A stretch of DNA of 63,555 nucleotides, the filler included, from Reticulomyxa filosa (Eukaryota; Protista; Foraminifera): assembly GCA_000512085.1 (NCBI GenBank). It is 18 parts of 18 records of this genome, joined end to end, with 100 filler letters (N's around TTAATTAATTAA, not from the genome) between each part and the next. Parts side by side here need not be neighbours in the genome. Positions count along the whole stretch, not along the records: positions 62,256 to 63,555 come from ASPP01034424.1; 17 more parts are not named here. One strand, given 5' to 3'. This document shows positions 63,342 through 63,555 of this stretch, one piece after another. The position numbers and the translations under genes are program-made. The notes below the pieces were generated by a model, which saw only the letters and a program-made list of their open reading frames with translations, was not told the DNA's origin and did no database searches. Every line of letters starts with the position of its first letter. Position 1 is the stretch's first letter.

Positions 63342-63555
63342 ATGGGTAACACAAAAACAAACATCTTATTACTCCCTTTCAAACTTTGAAGGATTTGCGC
63401 AATCGACTTGAACACGCTCAATGTGTGCCATATAAACAGGAACTCATCATTTGTGGAGGCCAATTTAAAAATGCTTGTTATTCTTATCATACACTCAAAA
63501 ACGAATATAAATTTATCTGTGAGTATCCAAGTAATGTTTCATTATGTGGACACTG
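63342..63555 (+). CDS. Kelch-repeat protein of the expanded family, 5' end (MGN start)
   Basis: MGN..., an A-run frameshift, then PFQTLKDL....AQCVPYKQELIICGGQFKNACYSYHTLKNEYKFICEYPSNVSLCGH, paralogous to ~39380-39560. Confidence 0.8.

Overview
This window is not contiguous DNA. It is 18 short contigs joined by 17 identical 100-bp artificial linkers (44 N + TTAATTAATTAA + 44 N), so adjacency across a linker means nothing. Sixteen contigs come from an AT-rich, intron-containing, microsatellite- and pseudogene-rich protist. Its expanded Kelch, WD40 and NACHT families look like those of the foraminiferan Reticulomyxa filosa; this attribution is inference from family signatures. Two contigs are bacterial passengers: a GC-rich pilY1 fragment (35444-36924) and a defence-island-like fragment carrying a Beta-family protein, an sce7726-like nuclease and a DUF3427/DUF3883 nuclease (44162-45922). 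The main result is on contig 1. Several ORF fragments, split by four single-base frameshifts and short introns, join into one NLR-like STAND protein: CUE-like + Cys/Zn module + RelA/SpoT-type alarmone-synthetase-like nucleotidyltransferase + NACHT NTPase + pentapeptide repeats + 14 WD40 repeats with hypervariable surface positions. It is a candidate eukaryotic immune receptor whose effector makes a (p)ppNpp-type signal or toxin. Other immunity-like modular proteins are a PUB + ADP-ribosyltransferase-like family (three copies, one extended by Kelch and WD40 propellers) and a 3xSAM + VLIG/GBP-type GTPase + Cys/His-repeat giant protein. Housekeeping-type genes include a RanBP2-zinc-finger-fused FPGS/DHFS, a MINDY deubiquitinase, a small Tim, a GT77-like glycosyltransferase, and CLASP-like and PHD proteins. 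There are also decayed RanBP2-ZnF, CAP-Gly, Kelch and kinase pseudogenes. All domain calls are by-eye motif recognition; no searches were run.
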